From NCBI GenBank assembly GCA_900617105.1, contig UYFQ01000006.1:1-64000 (forward strand): a stretch of 64,000 nt of DNA. Direction: 5' to 3'. Below, in pieces: positions 9,088 through 20,344 of this stretch. Source of the DNA: Hydrurus foetidus (taxonomy: Eukaryota). The notes below the pieces were generated by a model that did not search any database, was not told the origin of the DNA, and saw only the letters and a program-made list of their open reading frames with translations. Made by a program: the position numbers and the translations under genes. Each line of letters starts with the position of its first letter. Within the stretch, counting starts at the first letter, position 1.

Positions 9088-10497
9088 CATCTCGTTATAC
9101 ACAACTCTCCCGAGCCTAAGGTATGCTGCGAATTTAATAGCATGAAACACAAGTGAACTGGGCAAAAAGGGAGTTTGAGACGATGGATTTGGGCGACAAG
9201 AGGCGCAACAAACGTGCAATCAAGATGATGGAAGGCTTCAGCGCGATGCCCACCGGTAGCATCCCCCAAGCCTGCGGGGACTGGGCCGACACCTTGGGGG
9301 CGTACCGCTTCTTCGACAACGATGCCTTCGAATGGACTGACATCTTGGAGCCCCACGTCCAAAGCAGCATGACCCGTATGGCGGCGCACCCCGTCGTGCT
9401 GTGCATCCAAGACACCACCGAACTCGACTTCAACGGCCAACAAGCTGCGGGACTGGGACCCCTGAGCTACGCCCCACAGCGCGGCATGTACCTGCACCCC
9501 ACCTACGCCATTTCTACCACCCGCGAACCGCTGGGCGTGCTGGACGCATGGATGTGGGCACGCAAGGCAAAAAATGCTGACGGCACACGCCCCGGAGTCA
9601 GCGAGAGTTTGCGCTGGACAGAAGGCTACGAACGCCTGGCCGAGATAGCCCCGCTGCTGCCCCTTACCCGACTGGTGTACTTGGCAGACCGCGAGGCCGA
9701 CATCATGGAGTTAATGGTGCGTGCCCGCGAACTCCAAACCCCGGTGGACTGGCTGGTGCGCTCCAAACACAACCGCGCACTGGGGGCGGGAGCCAAACTG
9801 TGGCCCCAAGTAACGGCCACCCAAGCCCTGGGCACGATCCGTTTCACCATGCCTGCGCGACAGGGCAAAGCCACCCGCGAGGTAGAGCAACAGGTGTGGG
9901 CTAAAACCGTGCAACTGCGCGACGGCAAAGGCGGCTTTGTCACAGCCAGCTGCATCGTGGCACGCGAGATGACACCACCAGCGGGACAGACGGCCATCGA
10001 ATGGCGACTGCTGACCAACCGGGACGTGGCCACACTGGCACAGGCCACCGAGATGATCGACTGGTACCGCGCCCGCTGGGAGATAGAGATGTTCTTCCAT
10101 GTCCTCAAGAACGGTTGCCACGTGGAGGCATTGCAGCTGGGCGACATTGACAGGATCGAGCGTGCGGTGGTGATGTACATGATCGTCGCGTGGCGTATTG
10201 CGCGGCTGATGCGACTGGGGCGCAGTTGCCCGGAAATGGATGCGGCACTCATGTTTGAGGCGGATGAATGGAAGGCCGCCTACATCCTGAACAAAGAAAA
10301 GATACCGGACAAGCCGCCCACCCTGAATGAAGTGGTTCGACTGGTCGCTCGTCTGGGTGGTTTCTTGGCACGCAAAGGGGATGGGGAGCCGGGTGTCAAA
10401 ACCATCTGGCTGGGTATGCAGCGCATCATTGACTTCGCTGCTGGGATCAGGTTCTCACGGGAGCTTCTGGCTCAGGGGATTTGTGTATAACGAGATG
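9088..10497 (+). mobile_element. IS4-family, IS50/Tn5-like insertion sequence, intact
   Basis: Perfect 17-bp IRs CATCTCGTTATACACAA (9088-9104) and TTGTGTATAACGAGATG (10481-10497). 9-bp target duplication GACTAAACC at 9079-9087 and 10498-10506. Confidence 0.95.
9153..10490 (+). CDS. IS4-family (Tn5-like) DDE transposase
   Basis: LGDKRRNKR, AYRFF, IQDTT, DREAD, YRARWEIEMFFHVLK and LGGFL..PG..TIW motifs. Confidence 0.95.
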   Translation: MNWAKREFETMDLGDKRRNKRAIKMMEGFSAMPTGSIPQACGDWADTLGAYRFFDNDAFEWTDILEPHVQSSMTRMAAHPVVLCIQDTTELDFNGQQAAGLGPLSYAPQRGMYLHPTYAISTTREPLGVLDAWMWARKAKNADGTRPGVSESLRWTEGYERLAEIAPLLPLTRLVYLADREADIMELMVRARELQTPVDWLVRSKHNRALGAGAKLWPQVTATQALGTIRFTMPARQGKATREVEQQVWAKTVQLRDGKGGFVTASCIVAREMTPPAGQTAIEWRLLTNRDVATLAQATEMIDWYRARWEIEMFFHVLKNGCHVEALQLGDIDRIERAVVMYMIVAWRIARLMRLGRSCPEMDAALMFEADEWKAAYILNKEKIPDKPPTLNEVVRLVARLGGFLARKGDGEPGVKTIWLGMQRIIDFAAGIRFSRELLAQGICV

Positions 10498-10641
10498 GAC
10501 TAAACCTAAGACGGATTTTATTATGTCAATCATTCGCTGGGAGTTGTTCGAAGGACGACCACATCAGAGTCAATCCCGCGGGCTAACCAATTCACGCTGG
10601 CCTGCGACAAAGCTCGGCCCAACGTCATGGGATGAAACCTG

Positions 10642-11151
10642 ATGCTCGGTTTGATTCTTCTGTATGTGGGCGCCGTGCTATTCATAAATGCCTTGGCAAT
10701 GCTGGGACAGATGGCGCCCCAAGAGGCTGCGGTCATGAATCTTTTTACCGGAGGTCTTTCGCTGTTCGTGGCGTTGTATCAAATCGCAAACGGTGACGCA
10801 GCCCTGGTTCGCTCGGCGGCCTTCGGATTGCTTTTCTCGTTTACCTACATTTGGATTGCCTACGTCCATCTGAACGGCCTCGATGGTCGTGGACTGGGTT
10901 GGTTCAGCCTGTTTGTGGCGATCACAGCGTCATGGGTCACGGTGGATGCGTTGGCCGATGCCAAGACTCACAGCGAATACTGGATGGCCGGCAATTGGGC
11001 TGCCTGGACGCTGCTTTGGTTTTGCTTTTTCGTGATTGGTGTACTTAAAGAAAAGGGATGGATCAAACCAGTAGCGTGGTTGACTCTTGTCCAATCGATC
11101 GGAACGGCTTGGGTTCCAGGCTATCTCATGCTCAGTGGCCGTTTGAACTGA
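10642..11151 (+). CDS. AmiS/UreI-family amide/urea channel
   Basis: MLGLILLYVGAVLFIN start, LLFSFTYIW and GLGWFSLFVA motifs; six hydrophobic segments. Confidence 0.88.
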   Translation: MLGLILLYVGAVLFINALAMLGQMAPQEAAVMNLFTGGLSLFVALYQIANGDAALVRSAAFGLLFSFTYIWIAYVHLNGLDGRGLGWFSLFVAITASWVTVDALADAKTHSEYWMAGNWAAWTLLWFCFFVIGVLKEKGWIKPVAWLTLVQSIGTAWVPGYLMLSGRLN

Positions 11152-11213
11152 GGCTTTGACGCCAGGATCGCACGACCTCTCCCCTTGTTTTCACGACGGG
11201 GGATGTCATGGTA

Positions 11214-12122
11214 CTAGTGGTCACGCATCCACCAGTCCCCGATTAAGGACTTTTGAAGGTATGCAATGAGGTTGGTTACCTTGGCCGGCACTAACTTGGG
11301 CGACGGAAATACCGCGTTTACCTCCTGCGCAGGCAGGCTAAAGGCCGATAGCGCCTGCACCAAACTCCCTTGTGCCAGGGACTCACGGGCCACATACCAA
11401 GGCAATACCGCCAGCCCCATGTTGGCATGAGCCGCCGCCAAAATAGTCGACAAATTGTTAGAGCGCAATGGCCCAGTTACGGGAATGGAGATTTCGCCCT
11501 GATGGACGCCAGTGAAGCTCCAGCGTGCATCCCCCTGCACACTGCTGTAGATCAGGCAGTCGTGGTGCACCAGGTCGGCTGGAGTAAGGGGCGCCGGGTG
11601 CTCGGCGAGGTAATCAGGGGAGCCAACCAGTACCCATGGGTTCGTCCCTAGGTGGCGAGCGCCCAATGTCGAGTCGGCAAGACGCCCCATGCGGATGGCC
11701 AAGTCAGCCCCTTGCTCCACCATGTTCACATAACGGTCATCGAAGCCCAGGTCGACACTGACGCCAGGATGTTCTCGCATGTACTTGATCATCAAGGGAA
11801 CGATCACGCGTCGACCGAACGCCAATGAGGTGCTGATCCGAACGTGGCCACTGATGCCACTTTGCACCAAGGTTGCCAGATTCTCCGCAATATCAATCTC
11901 ATGCGCAATACGTTTGCATTTTTCAAAGTAGAGCGCGCCTACTTCAGTGGGGGTGATACCGCGTGTCGAGCGGTGCAGCAAGCGCGCGCCCAGCCTTTGC
12001 TCCATCGCAGCCACTGCTTTGGTGGCCGTGGACTGTGCAATACCGAGCTCCTCCGCAGCTTTGCTGAAGCTACCGGTCTCCACCACACGTACAAAAAGAT
12101 CTATGCCAGCCAAACGGTCCAT
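11214..12122 (-). CDS. LysR-family regulator divergent from gcl
   Basis: MDRL..FVRVVETGSFSKAA HTH. True start taken at 12122, not the ORF-track 12266. Confidence 0.92.
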   Translation of the reverse strand: MDRLAGIDLFVRVVETGSFSKAAEELGIAQSTATKAVAAMEQRLGARLLHRSTRGITPTEVGALYFEKCKRIAHEIDIAENLATLVQSGISGHVRISTSLAFGRRVIVPLMIKYMREHPGVSVDLGFDDRYVNMVEQGADLAIRMGRLADSTLGARHLGTNPWVLVGSPDYLAEHPAPLTPADLVHHDCLIYSSVQGDARWSFTGVHQGEISIPVTGPLRSNNLSTILAAAHANMGLAVLPWYVARESLAQGSLVQALSAFSLPAQEVNAVFPSPKLVPAKVTNLIAYLQKSLIGDWWMRDH

Positions 12123-12151
12123 ATTTTGAACTGTAACAGCCTGCGGCGCTT

Positions 12152-12168
12152 TATTCCACGGTGGAATA
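12152..12168. promoter_or_regulatory. Palindrome TATTCCAC-G-GTGGAATA, candidate LysR binding site
   Basis: Perfect 8-bp dyad containing T-N11-A, between the LysR gene and gcl. Confidence 0.6.
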
Positions 12169-12244
12169 GCAATTATCCCCGGCCTTCGGTTCACAAGTCG
12201 ATCGAAACAGCCGACCATCGATTCATCTACCCAAGGAGATTTAG

Positions 12245-14038
12245 ATGGCGAAAATGAAAGCAGCAATGGCCGCAGTGTTGGTCATGGAAAAAGAGGGCGT
12301 GACACAGGCTTTTGGCGTGCCGGGAGCAGCAATCAATCCGCTTTACGCCCAGTTGCGTGAGCGCGGAACCATTTCGCATGTGCTGGCGCGGCACGTCGAA
12401 GGCGCATCTCACATGGCGGAGGGCTATACGCGCGCCGCGACCGGCAATATTGGCGTGTGCCTGGGCACTTCCGGCCCCGCCGGCACCGACATGATTACCG
12501 GCTTGTATTCAGCCCAAGCTGACAGCATCCCTATTCTTTGTATTACGGGTCAGGCGCCTCGTGCTCGTTTGCACAAGGAAGACTTTCAGGCGGTGGACAT
12601 CGCGTCGATCGCCAAGCCCGTGACCAAATGGGCAACCACGGTGCTGGAGCCTGCACAGGTACCCCGCGCGTTTCAGCAAGCCTTTCATTTGATGCGCTCC
12701 GGTCGCCCCGGACCGGTGCTGATTGACTTGCCATTTGACGTGATGATGGCCGAGATCGAATTTGACATCGACACCTATGAGCCGATGGCCGTGTACAAAC
12801 CGAGTGCCAGCCGCAAGCAAATTGAGAAAGCACTCGAGATGTTGCTGGTGGCCGAGAAGCCGCTGATCGTGGCTGGCGGCGGCATCATCAACGCCGATGC
12901 GTCTGACCTGTTGGTGGAATTCGCTGAGCTGACCGGTATCCCGGTCATTCCAACCCTGATGGGCTGGGGCACGATCCCCGACGATCATAAGCTGATGGCG
13001 GGCATGTGCGGCCTTCAGACCAGCCACCGCTACGGCAACGCTAACATGCTGGCCAGCGACTTTGTGTTGGGCATCGGAAACCGCTGGGCCAACCGTCACA
13101 CCGGCAGTCCCGACGTCTACTGCAAAGGCCGCAAGTTCATCCACGTCGACATCGAACCGACCCAGATTGGACGTGTCTTTGCGCCCGACTACGGCATCGT
13201 GTCTGACGCAAAAACCGCATTGCAATTGTTTGTTGATGTGGCCAAGGAATGGAAAGCCGCTGGCAAGTTGCGCAACTGGACTCAATGGGCGGATGAGTGC
13301 AATGGCCGGAAACATTCGATTGAATTCTTGCGAAAGACCAATTTCGAAAGCGTTCCCATGAAGCCGCAGCGGGTCTACCAATGTATGAACAATGCGTTCG
13401 GAAAAGATGTGACCTACATCTCGACCATCGGCCTAAGCCAGATCGCGGGAGCCCAGTTTCTGCACGTTTACCATCCACGACACTGGATCAATTGCGGTCA
13501 AGCCGGACCTTTGGGCTGGACCATTCCCGCAGCCCTTGGCGTGCGCGCCGCCGACCCTGCCAGAAAGATCGTTGCCCTCTCGGGTGACTACGACTTCCAA
13601 TTCATGATCGAAGAGTTGGCGGTAGGTGCTCAATTCAAGCTGCCTTACATCCATATGGTGGTTAACAACAGCTACCTCGGCCTCATTCGTCAGAGTCAGC
13701 GTGGCTTCACGATGGACTATTGCGTGCAATTGGGCTTTGACAACATCAATTCTGACCCTGATGACGTCACTGCACAGGGCTACGGAGTGGACCATATGAA
13801 GGTGGTCGAGGGCTTGGGTTGCAAAGGCATTCGTGTCCACAAGCAAGAAGAAATCGCCCCCGCCATCAAGCAGGCAGAGGCCTGGATGGAAGAGTTCAAG
13901 GTGCCAGTGGTGATCGAGGTCATTCTTGAGCGCGTCACCAACATCGCCATGGGCACCGAAATCGACAACGTCGTGGAGTTTGAAGAGTTGGCCACTCACC
14001 AGTCTGACGCACCCACTGCCATTTCCATGTTGGATTGA
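12245..14038 (+). CDS. gcl: Glyoxylate carboligase
   Basis: [23 protein letters not shown] and TPP motif GDYDFQF. Confidence 0.97.
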   Translation: MAKMKAAMAAVLVMEKEGVTQAFGVPGAAINPLYAQLRERGTISHVLARHVEGASHMAEGYTRAATGNIGVCLGTSGPAGTDMITGLYSAQADSIPILCITGQAPRARLHKEDFQAVDIASIAKPVTKWATTVLEPAQVPRAFQQAFHLMRSGRPGPVLIDLPFDVMMAEIEFDIDTYEPMAVYKPSASRKQIEKALEMLLVAEKPLIVAGGGIINADASDLLVEFAELTGIPVIPTLMGWGTIPDDHKLMAGMCGLQTSHRYGNANMLASDFVLGIGNRWANRHTGSPDVYCKGRKFIHVDIEPTQIGRVFAPDYGIVSDAKTALQLFVDVAKEWKAAGKLRNWTQWADECNGRKHSIEFLRKTNFESVPMKPQRVYQCMNNAFGKDVTYISTIGLSQIAGAQFLHVYHPRHWINCGQAGPLGWTIPAALGVRAADPARKIVALSGDYDFQFMIEELAVGAQFKLPYIHMVVNNSYLGLIRQSQRGFTMDYCVQLGFDNINSDPDDVTAQGYGVDHMKVVEGLGCKGIRVHKQEEIAPAIKQAEAWMEEFKVPVVIEVILERVTNIAMGTEIDNVVEFEELATHQSDAPTAISMLD

Positions 14039-14050
14039 AAGGAGACCCGA

Positions 14051-14830
14051 ATGCAAAAATTTGCCGCCAACCTGACCATGCTTTTTACCGAGCATGCTTT
14101 TCTTGATCGTTTTGAACACGCCGCCAAGGCCGGTTTTAAGGCCGTTGAGTTCCTGTTTCCCTACGCCTGGACCGCAGAAGAAATCAGGCAACGACTCGAT
14201 GCCAATGGTCTGAAGCTCGTGTTGCACAACCTGCCTGCCGGTGACTGGGATGCGGGCGAACGCGGCATTGCTTGTCACCCCGATCGGGTGAGCGAATTTC
14301 GAGAAGGCGTCGGCAAGGCCATCGCCTACGCCAAAGTCTTGGGCGTGAAGCAGCTCAATTGCCTGGTAGGCAAGGCACCATACGGTATGCCGGACGACTT
14401 GCTGCGCAAAACCGTCGTGGAAAACCTGCGTTTCGCCGCAGCCGAGCTGAAGAACGCAGGCCTCCGTCTGCTGATCGAACCAATAAATACCTTCGATATC
14501 CCGGGCTTTTACCTCAATCGCACTGATCAGACCATCGCCATTCTGGACGAAGTGGGTGCCGACAACGCCTTTGTGCAATACGACATCTACCACGCACAAC
14601 GCATGGAAGGCGAACTTGCTAACACCATGCAGAAGCACCTCACGCGAATCGGGCACGTTCAGTTGGCCGACAACCCCGGCCGCAATGAGCCCGGGACGGG
14701 TGAAATCAATTACGCCTTTTTGTTTGCGCACCTGGACCGCATCGGCTACGACGGCTGGATCGGCTGCGAATACAAGCCAGCCGGCACCACGCAATCCGGT
14801 CTGGGTTGGATCCAGAAGCTGGCCCCGTAA
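14051..14830 (+). CDS. hyi: Hydroxypyruvate isomerase
   Basis: FAANLTMLF, EPIN, DIYH and DNPGRNEPGTGEINY motifs. Confidence 0.96.
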   Translation: MQKFAANLTMLFTEHAFLDRFEHAAKAGFKAVEFLFPYAWTAEEIRQRLDANGLKLVLHNLPAGDWDAGERGIACHPDRVSEFREGVGKAIAYAKVLGVKQLNCLVGKAPYGMPDDLLRKTVVENLRFAAAELKNAGLRLLIEPINTFDIPGFYLNRTDQTIAILDEVGADNAFVQYDIYHAQRMEGELANTMQKHLTRIGHVQLADNPGRNEPGTGEINYAFLFAHLDRIGYDGWIGCEYKPAGTTQSGLGWIQKLAP

Positions 14831-14876
14831 GCGCGTTGACCTCTATTTTAAAAACCTCATACCTCAAGGAATAAAG

Positions 14877-15782
14877 ATGACAAACAAACCTCTCAAAATC
14901 GGATTCATTGGTCTGGGCATCATGGGAACACCCATGGCGGGCCACCTCATCAAGGCCGGGCACCAGCTCTTCGTCTTCACGCATGGCAAGGTGCCTGCCG
15001 AGATCGCCGAGTCGAGCGCGACTCAGTGCCTGGATGGAAAAGGGGTGGCTGAGCGCGCTGACCTAATCATCATCATGGTGCCAGACACCCCTGACGTCGG
15101 AGAAGCACTGTTTGGTGAAAACGGTGTGGCCAAAGGCCTGAAAGCTGGGAAAACAGTGGTCGACATGTCATCTATCTCACCAGTGGAGACCAAGGTCTAC
15201 GCCCAAAAGATTGAGGCACTGGGTTGCGACTACCTCGACGCTCCTGTCTCAGGTGGCGATGTAGGTGCAAAAAATGCCGCACTGTCGATCATGGTAGGTG
15301 GGAAACCCGAGGTGTTCGAACGTGTCAAGCCAGTGTTCGAGCTGCTGGGAAAAAATATAACTTTGGTGGGTGGGACGGGCGACGGGCAGACCTGCAAGGT
15401 GGCAAACCAGATTGTTGTTGCGTTGACTATCAACGCCGTGGCAGAAGGCCTGTTGTTTGCGGCTAAGGCAGGTGCTGATCCCGCCAAGGTCCGCAGCGCG
15501 CTGATGGGTGGCCTGGCCACTTCGCGCATCCTAGACATTTTGGGCGATCGCATGGTCAAGCGCACGTTTGACCCCGGTTTCCGTATTGCGTTGCACCAAA
15601 AGGACTTGAACCTGGCACTTGGCGCTGCCAAGCAGTTGGGCCTGGCGCTGCCCGCCACCTCGACCGCACAACAGTTGTTCAGTGCCTGTGTTTCACACGG
15701 CGGTGCGGCCTGGGATCACTCCGGCATGGTGCGCGCGTTAGAGAAACTGTCCAACTTTGAAATTGGCCAGAAGCCGGTTTGA
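14877..15782 (+). CDS. glxR: 2-hydroxy-3-oxopropionate (tartronate semialdehyde) reductase
   Basis: IGFIGLGIMG, DAPVSGG and CKVANQ motifs; RBS AAGGA before ATG 14877. Confidence 0.94.
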   Translation: MTNKPLKIGFIGLGIMGTPMAGHLIKAGHQLFVFTHGKVPAEIAESSATQCLDGKGVAERADLIIIMVPDTPDVGEALFGENGVAKGLKAGKTVVDMSSISPVETKVYAQKIEALGCDYLDAPVSGGDVGAKNAALSIMVGGKPEVFERVKPVFELLGKNITLVGGTGDGQTCKVANQIVVALTINAVAEGLLFAAKAGADPAKVRSALMGGLATSRILDILGDRMVKRTFDPGFRIALHQKDLNLALGAAKQLGLALPATSTAQQLFSACVSHGGAAWDHSGMVRALEKLSNFEIGQKPV

Positions 15783-15805
15783 GCCATGTCAGGGAGCACG
15801 GTGTC

Positions 15806-17113
15806 ATGAAAATTTCTAAAGAAACTGCCGCAACAAATGCGCAAGAACTGCTGCTGTTAATGTTTTCCGCTGCAGTGGCATCAGCGCAGCCCACCCTTTG
15901 TATTCCGACACATCTGCCCACGCCCCAGCAATTGGGCAAGGGGCGACTTATCGTGATCGGTGCGGGTAAGGCTTCAGCGGCCATGGCCCGTGCCGTCGAA
16001 GACCACTGGAGCGGTTCCAAGAGTCAATTAAGTGGCCTCGTGGTGACACGCTATGGCTACCAAGTCGATTGCGATCACATCCAGATTGTGCAAGCCGCGC
16101 ATCCTGTGCCAGATGCGGCCGGTACAGAAGCTGCCGGTCGCATGATGGAACTGGTCAGCGGTCTTAATGCAGACGACACGGTTTTGTGCCTGATTTCCGG
16201 TGGGGGCTCATCTCTGTTGCCATTGCCCTTGCCAGGGTTGACGCTGGAGCACAAGCAGGCAGTAAACAGGGCTTTGCTCAAATCTGGTGCCACGATCAGC
16301 GAGATGAATTGCGTACGTCGCCACCTCTCGGCGATCAAGGGTGGCCGGCTCGCTGCGGCCTGTTTCCCCGCACGAGTGCTTACTTTGCTGATTTCGGATG
16401 TGCCAGGCGATAACCCGATGGACATCGCATCTGGGCCTACGGTGGCTGATCCCAGCACCTGCGCTGAAGCATTGGCCATCATCCGCCGCTACGGCATAGA
16501 AGTTCCCAAAGAGGTGCTGGCGATGCTTCAAAGCGGTGAGGGTGAGTCGCTCAAGGCGAATGATCCCCGTTTGGCTCGGGCCGAGGTTCGTATCATTGCT
16601 ACACCCCAAATGGCCCTTGAAGCGGCCGCAGTCGTGGCACGAGGCGCTGGCGTCACGCCCTACATTCTGGGCGATGCGATCGAAGGTGAGGCCAGCGATG
16701 TAGGCAAAGTCCTGGCTGGCATCGCGCTGCAAGTGGCGCAGCGGGGTCAGCCAGTTGCAGCGCCGTGTGTGTTGCTTTCGGGTGGCGAGACCACGGTGAC
16801 CGTGCGCGGCCAAGGACGAGGAGGTCGCAACGTGGAGTTTCTTCTGGCCTTGGGCATTGCTCTGGATGGGCACCCGCGCATTCATGCACTGGCGGGCGAT
16901 ACCGATGGCGTCGATGGTCAGGAAGAGATCGCCGGAGCTTGCCTAAAGCCAGATACGCTGGCACGTGCCAGGGCGCTGGGGCTTCGACCCAAAGACAGCC
17001 TGACCGACAACGATGGCCATGGCTTCTTTGAAGCGCTGGGTGATTCGGTGGTGACCGGTCCCACATTAACCAATGTGAACGATTTCCGCGCAATCGTCAT
17101 TGAGGCGCTTTAA
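15806..17113 (+). CDS. Glycerate 2-kinase (MOFRL/TtuD type)
   Basis: GAGKAS, LISGGGSSL, SDVPGD, GGETTV, GGRN and TNVNDFR motifs. Start 15806 or 15779. Confidence 0.92.
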   Translation: MKISKETAATNAQELLLLMFSAAVASAQPTLCIPTHLPTPQQLGKGRLIVIGAGKASAAMARAVEDHWSGSKSQLSGLVVTRYGYQVDCDHIQIVQAAHPVPDAAGTEAAGRMMELVSGLNADDTVLCLISGGGSSLLPLPLPGLTLEHKQAVNRALLKSGATISEMNCVRRHLSAIKGGRLAAACFPARVLTLLISDVPGDNPMDIASGPTVADPSTCAEALAIIRRYGIEVPKEVLAMLQSGEGESLKANDPRLARAEVRIIATPQMALEAAAVVARGAGVTPYILGDAIEGEASDVGKVLAGIALQVAQRGQPVAAPCVLLSGGETTVTVRGQGRGGRNVEFLLALGIALDGHPRIHALAGDTDGVDGQEEIAGACLKPDTLARARALGLRPKDSLTDNDGHGFFEALGDSVVTGPTLTNVNDFRAIVIEAL

Positions 17114-17257
17114 CCGACCACTCCCATATTTTTGTACGCCCCTTCTCAAAGGGGAGCGTCAACTTTTCCTGGGCGGCCAGATCGACTGCTCAGCACTAAC
17201 CCCATGCGTTCGTGGCCCCAGAAAGGGGTAACCAGGGCGCTAACTTAGAGGTATGAA

Positions 17258-18676
17258 ATGCGTAGAACCCGAAATGCCAAGATTGTTGCCACCCTGGGGC
17301 CTACCAGCTCGGACAAGGCGGTCGTCAAGGCCCTTTTTTTGGCGGGAGTGGATGTTTTTCGGCTGAACTTCAGCCATGGCAGCGCCGATGATCACCGCGC
17401 ACGCTTCGCAATATTGCGTGAATTGGAAGTGGAAATCGGGCGACCCATCGGTATCCTAGCCGACTTGCAAGGCCCCAAATTGCGCGTGGGCCTGTTTTCC
17501 GAAGGTCCGGTGATTTTGGAGGAAGGGCAGGCATTCCGGCTCGACTTGAAGGACGAAGCGGGTACCGCACAACGTGTTCGCTTGCCTCACCCCGAAATCT
17601 TTGCCGCGATGGTTCCGGGCGCCGAACTGCTGCTGGACGATGGCAAGCTGCGTCTGGTAGTTGAAAAATGCGGCGAAGATTTTGCCGACACCCGCGTGAC
17701 CGTGGGGGGCAAACTGTCCGAGCGCAAAGGTGTCAACGTCCCCGGAGTCGTGCTGCCGATCACAGCGCTGACAGAGAAAGACCGACGAGACTTGGCCTTG
17801 GCTTTGGATCTCGGGGCAGACTGGATCGCACTGTCCTTTGTACAACGACCTGAAGATGTGTCCGAAGCTCGCGCCTTGATCGGCAACCGGGCGGCCATTT
17901 TGTCCAAACTGGAAAAGCCCTCCGCAATCGAGCGTCTGGATGAGATCGTTGCGCTGTCGGATGGTGTGATGGTGGCTCGAGGCGATCTTGGCGTGGAGAT
18001 GCCTGCGGAGCGAGTGCCAGCGATTCAGAAGCGCATCGTGCGCACTTGCCGCCGTTTGGGCAAGCCAGTAATCGTAGCCACGCAGATGCTCGAGTCCATG
18101 ATCGATAGCCCGGTTCCAACGCGTGCCGAAGCGTCCGATGTCGCTACCGCCATTTACGATGGTGCGGACGCCGTCATGTTGTCCGCTGAATCTGCATCGG
18201 GAAAGCACCCTATTGAGGCTGTCACGATGATGAACCGGATCATTGAAGAGGTTGAGGACGATCCTCTGTATAGACAATTGATTGATGCATCCCACACCTC
18301 TGCTCGCCCTGGAGGAGACATCACAGAGGCCGTTTGTTGCGCCATGCGCCGGGCCGTGGCACTGCTGCAAGCAGCCGCTATCGTTTGCTATACAAGCTCT
18401 GGCCACACCAGTCTGCGCGCAGCGCGGGAGCGTCCCGAATCGCCCGTCTTGAGTCTGACTCCGAACATGGAAACAGCACGCCGCTTGGCGCTGGTCTGGG
18501 GGGTGCATTCGGTTCACGTTCCAGACGTATTCAACGTTGAAGAGATGACGGACGTGGCCCGCTCAGTCGCGCAAAAAGAGCGATTTGCAGAGTCAGGTCA
18601 GTTCATCGTCGCCATTGCCGGAATGCCCTTTGGTACGCCTGGCGCCACCAATTTGATCCGCATCGCTACTGTCTGA
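17258..18676 (+). CDS. pyk: Pyruvate kinase
   Basis: KIVATLGP, RLNFSHG, MVARGDLGVE and ATQMLESM motifs. Confidence 0.97.
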   Translation: MRRTRNAKIVATLGPTSSDKAVVKALFLAGVDVFRLNFSHGSADDHRARFAILRELEVEIGRPIGILADLQGPKLRVGLFSEGPVILEEGQAFRLDLKDEAGTAQRVRLPHPEIFAAMVPGAELLLDDGKLRLVVEKCGEDFADTRVTVGGKLSERKGVNVPGVVLPITALTEKDRRDLALALDLGADWIALSFVQRPEDVSEARALIGNRAAILSKLEKPSAIERLDEIVALSDGVMVARGDLGVEMPAERVPAIQKRIVRTCRRLGKPVIVATQMLESMIDSPVPTRAEASDVATAIYDGADAVMLSAESASGKHPIEAVTMMNRIIEEVEDDPLYRQLIDASHTSARPGGDITEAVCCAMRRAVALLQAAAIVCYTSSGHTSLRAARERPESPVLSLTPNMETARRLALVWGVHSVHVPDVFNVEEMTDVARSVAQKERFAESGQFIVAIAGMPFGTPGATNLIRIATV

Positions 18677-20053
<1,377 letters not shown>

Positions 20054-20344
20054 TCAGTGAGCCAAGTCCGGCATTCAATTTAAGTGAACAAGGTTATAGA
20101 TGACTCCATTATTTTCCATGCTTGGATCGGTCGTTGTCTTTGATGGCAAACCCATGAGTCTGACTGCATATTAGAAAGAGCGAATCCGAATTACAGGAGA
20201 CCTTGAATAAAGAAACAGTTAAGACTATTTAATCGATGCAAAAATAAGAAGAATTGTAATTTTGCTGGTTTGTCTATTTTATATAGACTAATTTTAAAAT
20301 TAATTAAATAATTTATATTATAAACACTAAAAGTTGATGCAGCC

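Noticed and set aside
14556..14876. N-terminal ORF-track extensions of glxR (also LysR 12266, gspG 48578, gspJ 49945, gspK 50676, dadA 60583)
   Set aside because: They overlap neighbouring genes; family homology begins at downstream starts.
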